Positions 27,501-41,400 of a stretch of 64,000 bases of DNA are shown here, in pieces. Each line of letters opens with the position of its first letter. The first letter of the stretch is position 1. Location of the stretch: contig JAPDFW010000075.1 in assembly GCA_028826165.1 (NCBI GenBank), positions 355,632 through 419,631 on the forward strand, in the 5' to 3' direction. A program made the position numbers and the translations under genes. The notes below the pieces were generated by a model, which saw nothing but the letters and a program-made list of their open reading frames with translations, was not told where the DNA came from and searched no databases. The stretch is from Anaeramoeba ignava BMAN. Its lineage: Eukaryota > Protista > Anaeramoebae.

Positions 27501-29233
27501 AGCTTGTTGAATTCAAAAAATTAGGAAAGGATTTATTGAATCAAAAATATCAAACAGAATTTTCCGAATATGTTTATGATGAGACTAAATATCAAGGAAA
27601 AACATTCAATGGAATCAAATCAAAGGATATTACTGATAGACACGATGATATGGATAAGAAATTCAAGGATTTGGAAGAACTTGCCAAACAGAAGAAGGAA
27701 ATTCTTGATGATCATTTGAAAAGAGAAGAATTCATTGTTATTGTTCGAAGAATGAATACTGAACATCAAGATCAATACAAAAAACTTGTTGAATGGTTTG
27801 AAGTTAAGAAGGGATACTTGGAAGCAAGAGAAGAAATCAATTCAGTTTCTGAAGCCAAAACAAGATTGAATTTGTTTGATGTTTATTTGAGGGAATACAA
27901 AGAGAGTCAAGATAACGAACTTTCTGAATTGAAGAAATTTGGAGCGGAAACATTGAATCAAAAATATCAAACAGAATTTTCCGAATATGTTTATGATGAA
28001 ACTAAATATCAAGGCAAAACATTTGGAAAAATCAAATCAGAAGATATGACTGATAGACACGATGATATGGATAAGAAATTCAAGGAATTGACTGAGTTTT
28101 CAAAATCTAAAAAGGGATATCTTGATGAGTGCTTGAAATTGGAAACAAAGAAAGAAGAACTTCGACTTGCTTTTGCTAATGCTGTTTCTGAATTCACTGC
28201 GTTCATTAAATTGGAAATTGAAAATGCAAGTTTGAGAGAATTTGGATTCATTTTGGAAGAAGTTGAAGCTTACAGAAAAGTTATTGATGATTCTGATAAG
28301 GAAGTTTTACACAAAGCAGATGATAAAAAAACCGAATGTCAAAATGTCAAAAAACAACTTGATGAATACAAAGTAGTTGACAATCCTTATACATCATTAA
28401 CACTCGAAGATTTGGAGAAATCGCTTGACTCATTAAAAGCCGCGCTCGGAGAAAGAATCAAAGCATATGAAATTGAGCTCAAAAGACAACGAGACAACGA
28501 TGCTTTATGCAAGAAATTCGCAGAAACAGCTGATCCTTTCTCAAAATGGATTACAGAACAAAAAGACAAAATTACAGCCTCAAAGGAATCACTTGAAGTT
28601 CAACTCGGCTTTGTGGATAAACTCATTTCGGGATTGGGATCCGAATCCAAAAGACTTGATCCGTTGAAAGACCTTCAGGAAAAGATGGACAAAGCAGGAA
28701 TTCAAAATAACAGACACACAACTCTGACTCTTAAAGATCTTGAGGTTCAATGGCAACAATATGAAAACTTCCTGAAACGCAAGAAGAAAATGCTTGAGGA
28801 AGAAATTGAGCATCAAAAACTCCGAGGGATTACTGCCGAACAAATGCAAGAAATCGAAGAAAACTTCAAACAATTTGACTTCGATAATTCAGGAACTATT
28901 GATAGAAAAGAACTTATGGCTTGTTTATATTCTCTTGGAGAAGAAAGAACCCCTAAAGAGATCAACAAAATCATGGAGGAATATGGTGATGGAAAAGATA
29001 TTTCTTATGAAAGGTTTAAGGATTTCATGATTGTTCTTTTTGGAGATACAGATACTAAAGATGAAATCATTAATTCATTCATTTTGATTAATCGTGGATT
29101 TAAAGTTGCTAAGAAAGATTTAATGGAATTAGTCATGGATGACCAAGATATTGAATATGTTTTGAAAACTGCTCCACAAGTTGATGATGGATATGATTTC
29201 CATTCTTGGACTGAAGAGATGTTTGCAAGATAA
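24578..29233 (+). CDS. Giant alpha-actinin-like protein: 2 CH domains, expanded spectrin-like rod, EF-hands (1551 aa, intronless)
   Basis: CH1 LQRKIFSRWV...DGLVLMNLIEVLS; CH2 AKDALLMWC...SFADGLALCAIIHKHRP; EF-hand FKQFDFDNSGTIDRKELMACLYSLG. Confidence 0.92.
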   Translation: MSRTGRTAGPRSQEWVRLQRKIFSRWVKQKLLRTRPEMQINDIVDDYKDGLVLMNLIEVLSESKFEGKYNQRPKMSVHRIDNLNNALKFAWSKGVDMKVKPSAEQLEKGDQKAALALTWGIMMKFIKIDDGSGGEALNAKDALLMWCKNKTAGYKGVEITDFKKSFADGLALCAIIHKHRPKLIDFNSLDSSDPIKTLQIAQDAAEKYFGLEKYITPDEIRKLDENSMVVYVSEYYYGIAEQRKLDLAARRIKKLIVLTKENDRLKAEYNKTANNFKATVKKVEKILEDRTIDNTMAGAKRRLDQFYEYKAKDKNSLIADQLDLESNYNNLAMRLSHHKRPEFKPEKGCSLKEVAQDMLHLEECEQERKVALHAELNRQIKLVNISKQHESRYNKLVDYFKQKKEYLEFREEIDSVSAAYFQISLLDRYEKENQTMINTGVAHLKKLSAELKQEKYEYQAKIEEHDHDIDDKFKELDKLAKIKRPILDDHLKREEFIEKVRQMNDEHKNKHEQLLKWFEIKKAYLKTMEEINSVPDASKNLDIFNSYVKEYKKYQEKNLVEFKNFGKETMKQKYQTEYSEYIFNETKYQGKTFGKNQFSDLTDRHDDMDQKFKELEEFAQQKKAILDDHFKREKFIEVVRQMNEEHKDKYEKLVKWFDSKKAYLDIKEEINTVPDASKNLDIFNSYVKEYKKYQEKNLVEFHKLGDDTLKQKYQTEFSEYVYDETKYQGKSFGKIKSEDITDRHDDMDKKFKELEEFAKQKKAILDDHLKREEFIEVVRQMNEEHKDKYEKLVKWFDSKKAYLDIKEEINSVSEARTQLNLFSIYSNEYKDYKQNDLVEFHKLGDDTLKQKYQTEFSEYVYDETKYQGKSFGKIKSEDITDRHDDMDKKFKDLEELAKQKKEILDDHLKREEFIVTVRRMNTEHQDQFKKLVKWFEDQKNYLNIREEINSVGEAQSKLSLFDVYLKEYIFYKENELVEFKKLGKDLLNQKYQTEFSEYVYDETKYQGKTFNGIKSKDITDRHDDMDKKFKDLEELAKQKKEILDDHLKREEFIVIVRRMNTEHQDQYKKLVEWFEVKKGYLEAREEINSVSEAKTRLNLFDVYLREYKESQDNELSELKKFGAETLNQKYQTEFSEYVYDETKYQGKTFGKIKSEDMTDRHDDMDKKFKELTEFSKSKKGYLDECLKLETKKEELRLAFANAVSEFTAFIKLEIENASLREFGFILEEVEAYRKVIDDSDKEVLHKADDKKTECQNVKKQLDEYKVVDNPYTSLTLEDLEKSLDSLKAALGERIKAYEIELKRQRDNDALCKKFAETADPFSKWITEQKDKITASKESLEVQLGFVDKLISGLGSESKRLDPLKDLQEKMDKAGIQNNRHTTLTLKDLEVQWQQYENFLKRKKKMLEEEIEHQKLRGITAEQMQEIEENFKQFDFDNSGTIDRKELMACLYSLGEERTPKEINKIMEEYGDGKDISYERFKDFMIVLFGDTDTKDEIINSFILINRGFKVAKKDLMELVMDDQDIEYVLKTAPQVDDGYDFHSWTEEMFAR
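26042..28126 (+). repeat. Five tandem 417-bp (139-aa) coding repeats
   Basis: The DH(L/F)KRE(E/K)F anchor starts at 26042, 26459, 26876, 27293 and 27710. Confidence 0.92.
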
Positions 29234-29434
29234 TTTTCAATTCAATTTTAATTTCAATTCAATTTTAATTTTAATTTCAATTCATTTCAAAATTTTTTTA
29301 ATTTCCAAAAAAAAATCAAAAACAAAAACAAAAAAGGAAATTAAAAAAAAAAACAAAATTTCATTTTTTTCTTTTTTTCTTTTTCTTTTTTTTATTTTTA
29401 ATTTTTATTTTTATTTTTATTTTTAAAAAAAAAA

Positions 29435-32400
29435 ATGTCTTTTTGGAAAAATTTATTCCAAAAAAAAAATAAGAAAACAAAATCAAATGAAAATAAATCA
29501 ATAAAAATAAATAGAAACTTTTCCTATTTTCTTTCTCATAAACCAAATGGAGAAAAATTACAACTTTTATGGGAAAAAAATAAAGTTATAGTTGAGGAGG
29601 TAATAATATTATTAATAAAATTATAAAATTAAATATAAAATAAAATATAAATTTATTAATAAAATTATAAAATAATATATAAAATTATTTATAAAATTAT
29701 TTATAAAATTATTTATAAAATTATTTATAAAATTATTTATAAATTTATTTATAAAATTAAATATAAAATTATTTATAAAATTATATATAAATTTATTTAT
29801 AAAATTATTTATAAAATTAATTTATAAAATTATTTATAAAATTAATTATAAAATTATTTATAAAATTAATTATAAAATTATTTATAAAATTATTTATAAA
29901 ATTATTTATAAAATTAATTATAAAATTATTTATAAAATTATTTATAAAATTATTTATAAAATTATTTATAAAATTATTTATAAAATTAATTATAAAATTA
30001 TTTATAAAATTATTTATAAAATTAATTATAAAATTATTTATAAAATTATTTATAAAATTATTTATAAAATTATTTATAAAATTATTTATAAAATTAATTA
30101 TAAAATTATTTATAAAATTAATTATAAAATAATATATAAAATTATATATAAAATTATTTATAAAATTAAATATAAAATTATTTATAAAATTATTTATTAA
30201 ATTATTTATAAAATTAAATATAAAATTATTTATAAAATTATTTATAAAATTATTTATAAAATTAAATATAAAATTATTTATAAAATTATTTATAAAATTA
30301 TTTATAAAATTATTTATTAAATTAAATATAAAATTAAATATAAAATTAAATATAAAATTTATGTATAATGTTTTAGGAAGAAAAAATTGATTGGTTTTGT
30401 CAGTTTTCTCATGAATTTATTGAAAATTATCAAGAATGGAGACCACAAAGAGTTAATAAAAAAGAAATTGAAGAAATTTTTTCACAAAATTTAAAAGATG
30501 AAGAGTTTATAGAATTGATTAAATCCGACCAAGTTCATTCACCTGAATTAATTTCAGTAGTTTTAGAAATATTATCAAAAATTCCAGAAGATATAGAAAG
30601 TCGTAAGCTAAATATATTTATATTTAATTTTAAATTGAAACAATTTTTTATGAAAAATTATATTTTATTTTAAAAGCAACTTTCAAAAAACCTTTAAAAA
30701 ATTTTTGCCATTTCATTTCACTTAAAATGGTCTCACTTTTATCAAGATCAATTTATAATCAAGCTCAATTTATTGAATCTGGAATATTTAATATTTTATT
30801 ACCAATCGCAGAAAAAACAGTTATTATATTTTTAGATTGGGTTGAAAAGGTTGGATTTATTATTACTATTATTATTATTATTAAAAAATATATCTTTTCT
30901 TATTTTTTGTTTCTAATTTAATTTAGTTAAAAAATCCAGTTGAAGATGAACGTCCAAAAATAATTTCTTTTCTTTTAGTTCAATATTTAATTGAAAATAT
31001 AATTTCCATTTTAAAATCTTTTTATGAATCAATCTATAAAAAACTAGATAGTTCTTTAACAATAAGATTAAATTCAGTTCTTATCTGTAAATATTTAATT
31101 CAAAAATCTTTTCATATTTATATTTGGAAAAATTGCTTCTTTGTTTAAAATTTTACAAATAGTTTTCTTACATAAATTTCTTGATTTCAAGAAATTCTTT
31201 AAATTAACACAAAATCATTATAAAATTCTTTTTGAATTAATTTCTGTAATTCAAGAATTTGTTACAAACAAAAATTTTTCTGAGCACCATTTATTATTCA
31301 TTTCAAATTTTATGTTGGAATTACTTAATTCGCCTGATGTCACTTTACCAGAAATACCCAATTTAGAATATATTAAAAAACAACAAACAAATTATGATCA
31401 AATAATCACAACACTTTTTTTCCAAAATGAAAATAGTTTCAATTCACTTGAGTATGAATTAATTGTTTATCAAGAATTTCATCTTCGAATGATTGCTCTT
31501 GAAATTATTCAACAATTAATTGTCAATAATTTGCAAGTTGAGAATTCAATTTGTAATAATATGAGATTTATCTATTTCTCAGAAATAATGGTTTGGATTG
31601 AAAGAATTTTTGTTACAAATTTGAATCCTGAAATATCAAAAATCCAAGATCAAAATCAAAATGAAAATCAAAATATAAATGAAAATCAAAATGAAAATCA
31701 AAATCAAAATCAAAATATAAATGAAAATCAAAATGAAAATCAAAATATAAATCAAAATCAAAATCAAAATCAAAATCAAAATCAAAATGAAAATCAAAAT
31801 CAAAATCAAAATGAAAATCAAAATGAAAATATAAATCAAAATAAAAATCAAAATGAAAATCAAAATCAAATTCAAAATCAAATTCAAATTCAAAATGAAA
31901 TTCAAAACAAACAAGAAATATTCAGACTTAGTAAAAGATACAGTCGAAAAATTATGAATCGTAAGAATTTAAATTTAAAATTAAAATTATTTATAAAATT
32001 ATTTATAAAATTATTTATAAAATTATTTATAAAATTAATTATAAAATTAATTATAAAAACAAACAAAAAATTATTTATAAAATTAATTATAAAATTAATT
32101 ATAAAATTATTTATAAAATTATTTATAAAATTAATTATAAAATTATTTATAAAATTATTTATAAAATTATTTATAAAATTATTTATAAAATTATTTATAA
32201 AATTAATTATAAAATTATTTATAAAATAATATATAAAATTATTTATAAAATTATTTATAAAATTATTTATAAAATTATTTATAAAATTATTTATAAAATT
32301 ATTTATAAAATTAATATTAAAATTATTTATAAAATTATTTATAAAATTATTTATAAAATTATTTATAAAATTATTTATAAAATTAATTATAAAATTAATT

Positions 32401-35400
32401 ATAAAATTATTTATAAAATTAAAATTAAAATTAAAATTAAAATTATTTATAAAATTATTTATAAAATTATTTATAAAATTAAATATAAAATTATTTATAA
32501 AATTAAAATTAAAATTATTTATAAAATTATTTATAAAATTATTTATAAAATTATTTATAAAATTAATAAAATTAATATTAAAAATTAATATTAAAAAATT
32601 TAGCAAAAATTCTTCAACTTCCTTATGAAGTTCCTTTAACAACAAAAACACCTCGAATCCAAAAAACAGTTTCTCTCCCTAAAATTTCATTTTCTTATTT
32701 TAATAATATTCAATTCCAACAATTTTTTAAACAAATGGGTGAAATTGTTTATCAAAGTTTTGCAAATGAAAATTTAGAAACTAAAGAAGAAATTGAAACC
32801 AAATCAAAACCTAACAAATCCAAAAAGCAAGAAATGGAAAATAAAAAAGATAATGAAGAAGTTCAAGAATTTATTGAAAAAGTGCTTTCTAGAGATTACA
32901 GAATGCATGTCCAAATTCGTTCAGAAGAATTTTCTGAAAAGAGAAATCTTGGAATGAAAATTATTGGATTACAAATTGAAGTTTTTTGTTTACACCAAAA
33001 TCCACCACATATTGAAGCACATAATTTATTGAGAATCTATATCATGGATTTTATTATACAATTCTGGAGATCCCAAATTCTCAAATTGTTTCATATCCAA
33101 ATTAATTTTTGGCTTAAATTATTGAAAGATATTGATGATGTAAAAAAAAAGATATTTAAAAAAAAAAATTCTTTTTTCAATTCTAATCAATTTATTTTGA
33201 ATAGAATATCAATGTTACTCATCATGCAATTGCAACAAGAGTGAAAAAATATGCATATCGTTTCATAGTTTTTATCGTTTCAAATCATCCAGATTTAAGC
33301 TTTGATGAATTATCATCATTAATGAGCTTTGTCAATAAAAAAGGAGCAGATTTAAATATTGTTTTTGATGTTACTCAAACATTTCTTTCTATATTGGAAT
33401 CAAATGAAAATAATTACTTGGATTCTCTTTTTCAACTTGATGCATTTACTGTATATAAAAACATTATCAGAAATTCTCTTTTGTTTGAAATCAATTGCAA
33501 CAAACAGTATTCAGAAAAAGTTTTCAACAGAGCATTTTACAAGGTGTTCCAATTTATGGAGTATCTTTTCGAGAACATCGATATTAGGAAGAAGGCTGGA
33601 CAAGATATTGAATGGATTAGAACAATCACTTTATTAATTACAGAGCAAAATGTTAGGCAATATGCCTTGGAAATGTTTTTGAAAATGATGAGCTCTGTTC
33701 CATTTTCAGATTCGTTTCGCTATTCAAATTTATTTTCAATTTTCCTTGAACAAATTTCTGCATCTGCTCAATATGAGGGTTTGATTCAGATGCAAGAAAC
33801 ATTACCGAATACAGATATTAAAGAAAAACAAGAAAATAACAATAACAATAATAATAATAACAATCAAGAACTTATAGATCAAACAAAATATCAAAATGAA
33901 TTCAAAAAATTAGTGAAAATTCATGATTTAATTTCTGTATTAATTTCTGCAATTACACAAAATCGAAAATCGTTGCAAAAACTTCTCCCTAAAACAGAAA
34001 CATTCCACATGATTGAATCTTTACTGAGTATTTCTAAGTTGAGTTCAGAAAGTATTGTTTCAATTCTTAGATTACTAAACGCAATATTCTATGAAAATTC
34101 AGCAAACACAGACCTTTTCCAGAGACAAATCAAGTTCGAGAGACTTCAAGAACTACTTTCATTTTCAGAGGAGAATAATTTAAGACAAGCAATTTTAGAT
34201 CCACTTTTGGATATGCTTGTAAATAATGGAAAATTTGATTCCTCAACAAATTACATAATTCGAAACAAGAATGTTCTTCTTGTTATTTTCAAAATTTACA
34301 CTGGAAAAGAAAATTACAGTTTATTTTCCAATATACTTGATATTTTCATTCAAATTACAGAAAAATCAATTCATAATGCTTGGTGTTGCAGCAGTGTTGG
34401 TCTTGTTTCTTTTCTTGGCAATCTTCTTACAAAGAATGTGGTTCATTGCGAACAAAAGAAGAAAATTGCAACTTTAATTGGAGTAATTGGTTCACAAAGT
34501 GTTACCATTAAGGAAATGAAAAAACTTTGGACTCTTTTAAAGAGTAACTCTGATGGAAAGCGTCCTCCTCATGAAATTTTTGTTTTGAGTGCTATGAAAA
34601 AAATGGCTAAAAGAAATGAAGAATTTGGATTCAAGAATTCACCAAGAGCACTTTTTGATTTTAATTCTGGAGATATTACTGTTCCTATAATTGAAAAATT
34701 CCCAAATCACGGATGGGGATTTTATACATGGATTCATTTAGAAAAAATCGAAGAATTGAGAAGAAATTCCAATTACCAACCCAGATTATTTAGTTTTTTA
34801 ACTGAAACTGGAGATGGAGTTGAATTTTATTTTATGAAGCAAACTTATTATGAAAAAATAAAAGAAGATATGAAAGAAGATATAAAACAAGATATGAAAG
34901 AAGATATTAAACAAGATATAAAACAAGATATAAAACAAGATTTAAAACAAGATATAAAACAAGATCTAAAACAAGATTTGAAAGAAAATCAAAATACTTC
35001 ATTTCGTCAAAGAAGAAATACAATGACAAGAAAAATGAGTATTGTTTTTGTTTTGCGTTTAATTATAGATGGATCTCCTTCAGAAATATCCTTTGGTTTT
35101 AAAATTTCTGAAAGAAGATGGAATTTCATTGCAATTTCACAATCATGCAAAACTCCATGGTCATCAAGTAGAGTTCGCGTCGTTTTCAATAATGATTACT
35201 TGGAAGAAATTTCAGCAAAATATCCAACATTTGGATTACCATTGATTTACAATAAAATTGGAGCTAAATTCACAATCCCACAAAAAACGAACTTGAATGA
35301 ACCAAATCCATTAATAAATCAAGAAAAAATGAACGAATCACAAAAATCACCAAATAAAACAGAACAAAAAGAAGGAAAAACCGAGCAAGCAGAAAATATT

Positions 35401-38400
35401 ACAAAGCAAGAAAAAGCAGAAGATTTCGATACAAAACCACATCCTGATACGGAATTTGTGGGACAAATGAGTTTGATTTGTTTGTTTGAAGATGTAATAG
35501 ATGATGAAATTGGAAGCAATATTCGAGCATTAGGACCAAAATGGATTCCTTTATTTGAGTTTTTGGAATGGGGATTTGATGATACAATTTCCTCAGAATG
35601 CTCACATTGGATCACTCGCAAGGCTATGCTTTGTTATCACAGCAAGGCATCACACAGAAATATATGCATGGACCAAAGTAAAAGCTCATTGGTGGGGAAC
35701 TACGATGCAAAGATGACTGGTATGATTCGATGCTTTTCTCATAGTATCGAAGATGCAATTGAATGTATGGGAGGAATCAAGGTGTTTTTCCCTTTGTTTG
35801 GACAAGTGGATCAACCTGAATGGCAATACCAGGATTCCAATCAAAATCAATCACAAATTAGTATTTTAAATAATCGCAGAAAACTACTCAGAAAAATGTT
35901 TAATTTTTTTGTATGGATGTTGATGTCAAGTTCAATAGCTCAACAAGAAATGATTGGAAAATACAGTGTTTCTTTACTCAGCTATTTGATCAAACAAGTT
36001 GATCCTATTAATTTATCTCCAGAAATAATTGCAAATATACAACAGTTGATGAGCAAAGCTTCTGATATTGATTTTGCAAAAGATTTCTTTGCTAACTTTG
36101 TTTTTGATTTTGATATTTGGGTTTATTGTGAACCTAAAATACAGAAAAAGATGTTGAAATACATCGACGATATTATTCAAGAGAAAATAAGTTTCCCGCA
36201 GAAAACAAAAGCAGAAATTAGCATCACAGTTTCTCAACTTGTAGATATTTTGGATAAATACTATTGGATCACACCCAAAAAATACAGTCATGGAAAAGAC
36301 TTTGTTCCAGAAGATCATGGAAAAACTGGAGGTATTCGTCGAAGACCAGTGTTTGAAGAGATTCTCCAACTGCGTTCAATGCTATTGAAAACAATAATGT
36401 ACAGATTTATGCATCCTGATCAAGATTCTATAACAGATCTTCCAATTGAATCGAAAGTACAGAAAGATTTGGAAGCAATTACAAATTATTTTCTGGATGT
36501 GGATGACAAATCAGAGTGTTTAGATGCGCTTGAGATTTTTTGCGAGACTTTGAAGTCTGATTTTGCTTCCAACGTTTTTGGAGGAATTACACTAGATGCA
36601 GGAATAATTGATCATTATGTTTTTCTTCTTGACAATCCTTTATCAAAAGTTCGTGGGATTATTCTTGAAATTTTATATATCCTTGATTACTTGATAACAC
36701 AAAAAAGACGTGAATTATCTCGTTTCTCTTTCAATTCAGGATATTCTTGGATTCATGAAATTTTGCTGAAATATCTATTAACAAGAGAAATATCGGCTTC
36801 ATTAAGTGATATCTATTTCGGTGTGCAAGAAGAATCTCTTAATTATCTTGCAATACGAAATTTAGAAGTTATCAAAACTGTTACAAAATTTCTCAAAAAA
36901 CGTCCCAACCAAGTCGGTGTTCAACTTTTACAGGATATTTTTTATTCACTGAAAACAAGCGAGGAAAATTTGCATTTCTTCATCACATTGCCAAACTGGC
37001 AAAAATATTACCTCAATTTAGTCGATCTTGCTACTCTTGTAAGTGAGGAAGAAATTGCAATTTCAAAAATTCTTCACGTTTCACAAGATGAAGTGAGGGA
37101 AAAAGTGCGCAAATACAAAGAAGACACTGGTGTTTATAGTTGGAATAATATTTCTGAAATTTCCCAAATTGCAATCCAAATTAACACAACTGTTTTCCAA
37201 ACCTTCCGCAAAATTCATTTATATGGAATTCCTTTGGATCGTAATTGGTGGAGACATCTCGAGAATTCTATATCATTTGTACAGATTATGACACGATTTA
37301 ATGGCACAATAGAATCTTTATTTGTTCGCAAGTTTCTCTTTGATATCTTTGTTCATATTTCAGATACTATTCTTAATGCAGACAATCAAAAAGTTCCGCT
37401 TAAAAAGGCAATCATTTTCGAGAATATTTATAATTATATTCTCATTTCAATGAGATATTTTTATTTTGAGCCTCGATACAAAAATACTGCGATCAGTTCT
37501 CATCGAAATATTATTTCAAATACAAGAAATCAAGAAAAGGATCAAAAAGAAACAAAGATCGAGAAAATTAAAACATTTTTAGCTTTGAAAAAAACTCATT
37601 TCCTTGATATTAGAATGATTATCTCATTGCAATCCATGTTTCGCAAATTTAATTTCTTCCATAACAAAGCAATTTTGGATGTAGATCGTAAAAAAATACT
37701 TTCTTTGATGAGGAAAATTCTTGTTGTTTTTCTTCATTTAATTCCCTTTTTAACTTCAAATACAAGTGGAAAAATTTTACTAAGAATTATTGATATGACA
37801 AAAATATCTAATAAGAAAAAGAAAGCATTTACTCGAGCTTTAACAATGCTTTTCCGTTGTTTAGATGAAGCTGAAAATCCACAAAAAATTATATCTGATT
37901 TAGATAATCAAAATGAAAATGAAAATGAAAATGAAAATGAAAATGAAAATGAAAATCAAAATGAAAATGAAAATCAAAATCAAAATGAAAATCAAAATCA
38001 AAATCAAAATCAAAATGAAAATGAAAATGAAAATGAAAATCAAAATGAAAATCAAAATCAAAATCAAAATCAAAATCAAAATCAAAATCAAAATGAAAAT
38101 GAAAATGAAAATGAAAATGAAAATGAAAATGAAAATCAAAATCAAAATGAAAATGATGATGATAATGATATTCAAACTGAAAACTGAAAATGAAAATGAC
38201 TATTGAAAATCACAAAGTGATAACGAAATTGAAACTGATTTAGATTCAGAAAAATGGGAAATGACAAGTCCAAATGAAAATGAAAATGAAAATGAAAATG
38301 AAAATCAAAATCAAAATGAAAATCAAAATGAAAATCAAAATGAAAATCAAAATGAAAATCAAAATGAAAATCAAAATGAAAATCAAAATGAAAATGAAAA

Positions 38401-41400
38401 TCAAAATGAAAATGAACCAATAATTAATTTCAAAATGGATTTTGTAGACTCAGAAAGATGTGTTATTGAAAGACGAATTATTCGACCAAATCAATTACAA
38501 AATCAAGTTATTCAACTAAGCGAAAACGAAATGAAAATTTTACAATTAAAAGAATTCATCTTGAAATTACTTGATTCAAATTATCCTCTTTTTTGCAGAT
38601 TTCTTAAAGATCAAAACGGAATTCGAATTTTACCTAAAGTTCGAGCAAATTCAATACTTGCATCTAAAGCAAGGGAGGATTTATCAACAATTTTCCAATC
38701 AGAAAGCTGGAATTATGTGCGTACAGTTCAATTACGGCGAATTTATCTCTCGATTTTAAGAAGTATTAAAAAAATATTTTCAGGATCAACAAAGCATATG
38801 ATTGATTTAATACAAGAAAAATGGGGGAAAATTCAAGAAGAACGTTTGCTTGCTTTGAAAGAAAAACAACAATTTCAACCACTTTTCTTCTCAAATATAA
38901 TTTCAAAAAACAAAATGCGCAAAAAGGAAAAAAAGAAGATTAACAAACAATACATCCAAAAATTGCGTTTGGTGCAATTCTCATGGAAAACAATATACAG
39001 AAGTTTAATTCATCAAAGAGCACCTTGGGGAGATTCACTCAATCAAATTACACAAGATACACATTACATGCTTGATAGAATAGAGGATAATTCAAGAAGA
39101 CATAAAAAATTAAAAATTAATTTTGTTTTTGATCTACATGTTCTTCCTCCCGATAGCATCACAGAAATATCCTCGCCTTCTATTTCTTCATCAAAAACAA
39201 CGCAACAACCAGAAATCGAACTTTCCAAAAAAATATTGCCAACTCAAACTTCAAAACAACCTACTATTTTATCAGAAAATGAAGAATTGACAACAAACGA
39301 AACAAATGAAACAAATGAAACAAATGAAACAAATGAAACAAATGAAATAAATGATCCAAATATTCAACAAATAATTGATCCAAATGGGAATACAAGTGTA
39401 CAAGATCTTGAACTTCAAATACAAAAATCTGATGTTTTTTTCTCAGTAAAATCCACAATTTTAAATGTTTCACGATCTACAGAAGGAACATTTGAGTTAT
39501 CAAGAAAAAGAATTTATTTCTTTGTTGATTTGGAAAAGTTTGAAGAATCAAAGGAAAAAAAACCTTTAATCCACACTGCAAAGGATAAATCATGGCTTGT
39601 TGATTCTATTGTTGAAATTCATCATCGGAAAGTGAATTTCCAACAAACAGCACTTGAAATATTCTTCACATCAAGAAAAAATTATTTGTTTAATTTCCAA
39701 GATATGGAATCAAGACATCAGGTCTATCATACATTATTATCATTGAAACCTCGCAGTTTGAGGAAGTCTCAAGATTCTTTACAGAATTTGAAAAAAATTA
39801 CCAAGAAATGGAGAGAAAGAAAATTATCAAATTTCGATTATTTGATGAAACTGAATTCGATTGCTGGAAGAAGTTATAATGACTTATCTCAATATCCCAT
39901 TTTTCCTTGGATTCTTTCAAATTACACTTCAGAAAAAATTGATTTATCAGATCCAAAAAATTATCGAGATTTATCAAAACCTATTGGAGCATTAAACCAA
40001 ACCAGATTGGATATTTTAAAAGAAAGATATGAGAATTTCAAAATTTCAACACCAGATATACCACCTTTTTTTTATGGTTCACATTATTCCAATGCAGGTA
40101 AAATTCAATTTACAAATTAAAAATTAAATTTTGATTATTTATTTTTATTTATTTTATTTATTTTTAGCTGCTGTTGTTTATTATCTTATCCGCTTGGAAC
40201 CATTTACTTCTATATCATTTAAACTTCATGGAAATAAATTTGATCATCCAGATCGTCTTTTTTCATCAATTGAAATATCATGGAATTCATGTCTTAGAAA
40301 TTCAGCTGATTTCAAAGAATTAGTACCCGAATTTTACTATTTACCAGAATTTTTAACAAATCGAGACAATTTTTATTTTGGAAAACAACATGATGGAAAA
40401 ACGATTGGGGATGTAGTTCTTCCAAAATGGGCAAAAACACCTGAAGAATTTATCCGAATTCATCGAGAAGCACTTGAAAGTGAGTATGTGTCTCAAAACT
40501 TACCAAAATGGATCGACTTGATATTCGGGTTCAAACAGCGGGGAAAAGAAGCAGAAAAGGCATATAATGTGTTCTTCTATTTAACTTATAGTGATTCAAT
40601 TGATTTGAATAATATCACTGATCCAATTGAAAGAAAAATGGTAAAAAGACAAATTGAGAATTTTGGACAAACTCCTCCGCAAATATTTGGGAAAAAACAC
40701 CCACTAATAAAGCCAAAACAATCCCGACAACATATACCTTATTCGTGGACATCTGATTCATTTAATTCAATTAGTGGGATATGGTTTGAATATTCAACTT
40801 CCCCAATTTTATATATTACTTTCTCTTATCGATTAAGCACAGAGTCTCAACATTCCATCCCTGAAAAGCTTATTACTTTCAATTGGCAAGGGAAGCTTGG
40901 AATCAATCGATGGGCGCAATCTGAGAAATCACTGACTTCAACAAATAATCTTCCAGAAAAGCCTTTGGAAATTGATTCAACTTTACAACAAAAGAAAAGA
41001 ATCGGAGTCACATTTGTTGACGACACTTTGAATTATGTAAATTGTTGTGCTGTTTCAACTGATTTCAATTTGTTTTTTAGTTCAGGATATTGGGATAATA
41101 GTTTCAAAATATCCAGCATCGATAACTCGAATTTGTTGAACAACATTGTTAAACACAAAGACATTGTAACTTGCATTGCAGTTGATACTGGAAATTATCT
41201 TGTAACTGGATCTCGTGATACAACTATTATTTTGTGGAATATTATTCGGTTTGGAAGAAAAATTCTTGTGATTGAACCTCGATCAACTTTATATGAACAT
41301 GATGATGAAGTGACTTGTGTTTCTATTCATTCAGAATTAGACATTGTTGTCAGTGGTTCTAAAGATGGGACATGTGTTATACATACAATCAGATCAGCCA

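Noticed and set aside
24696-29030. Short antisense and alternative-frame ORFs within the actinin, and likewise within the BEACH and FG-GAP genes
   Set aside because: Shadow ORFs with no recognisable motifs.
38160-38270. Frame break in the BEACH gene as programmed frameshifting or two separate genes
   Set aside because: It sits between NE/NQ microsatellites where indel errors are expected, and the domain order is that of one BEACH protein.
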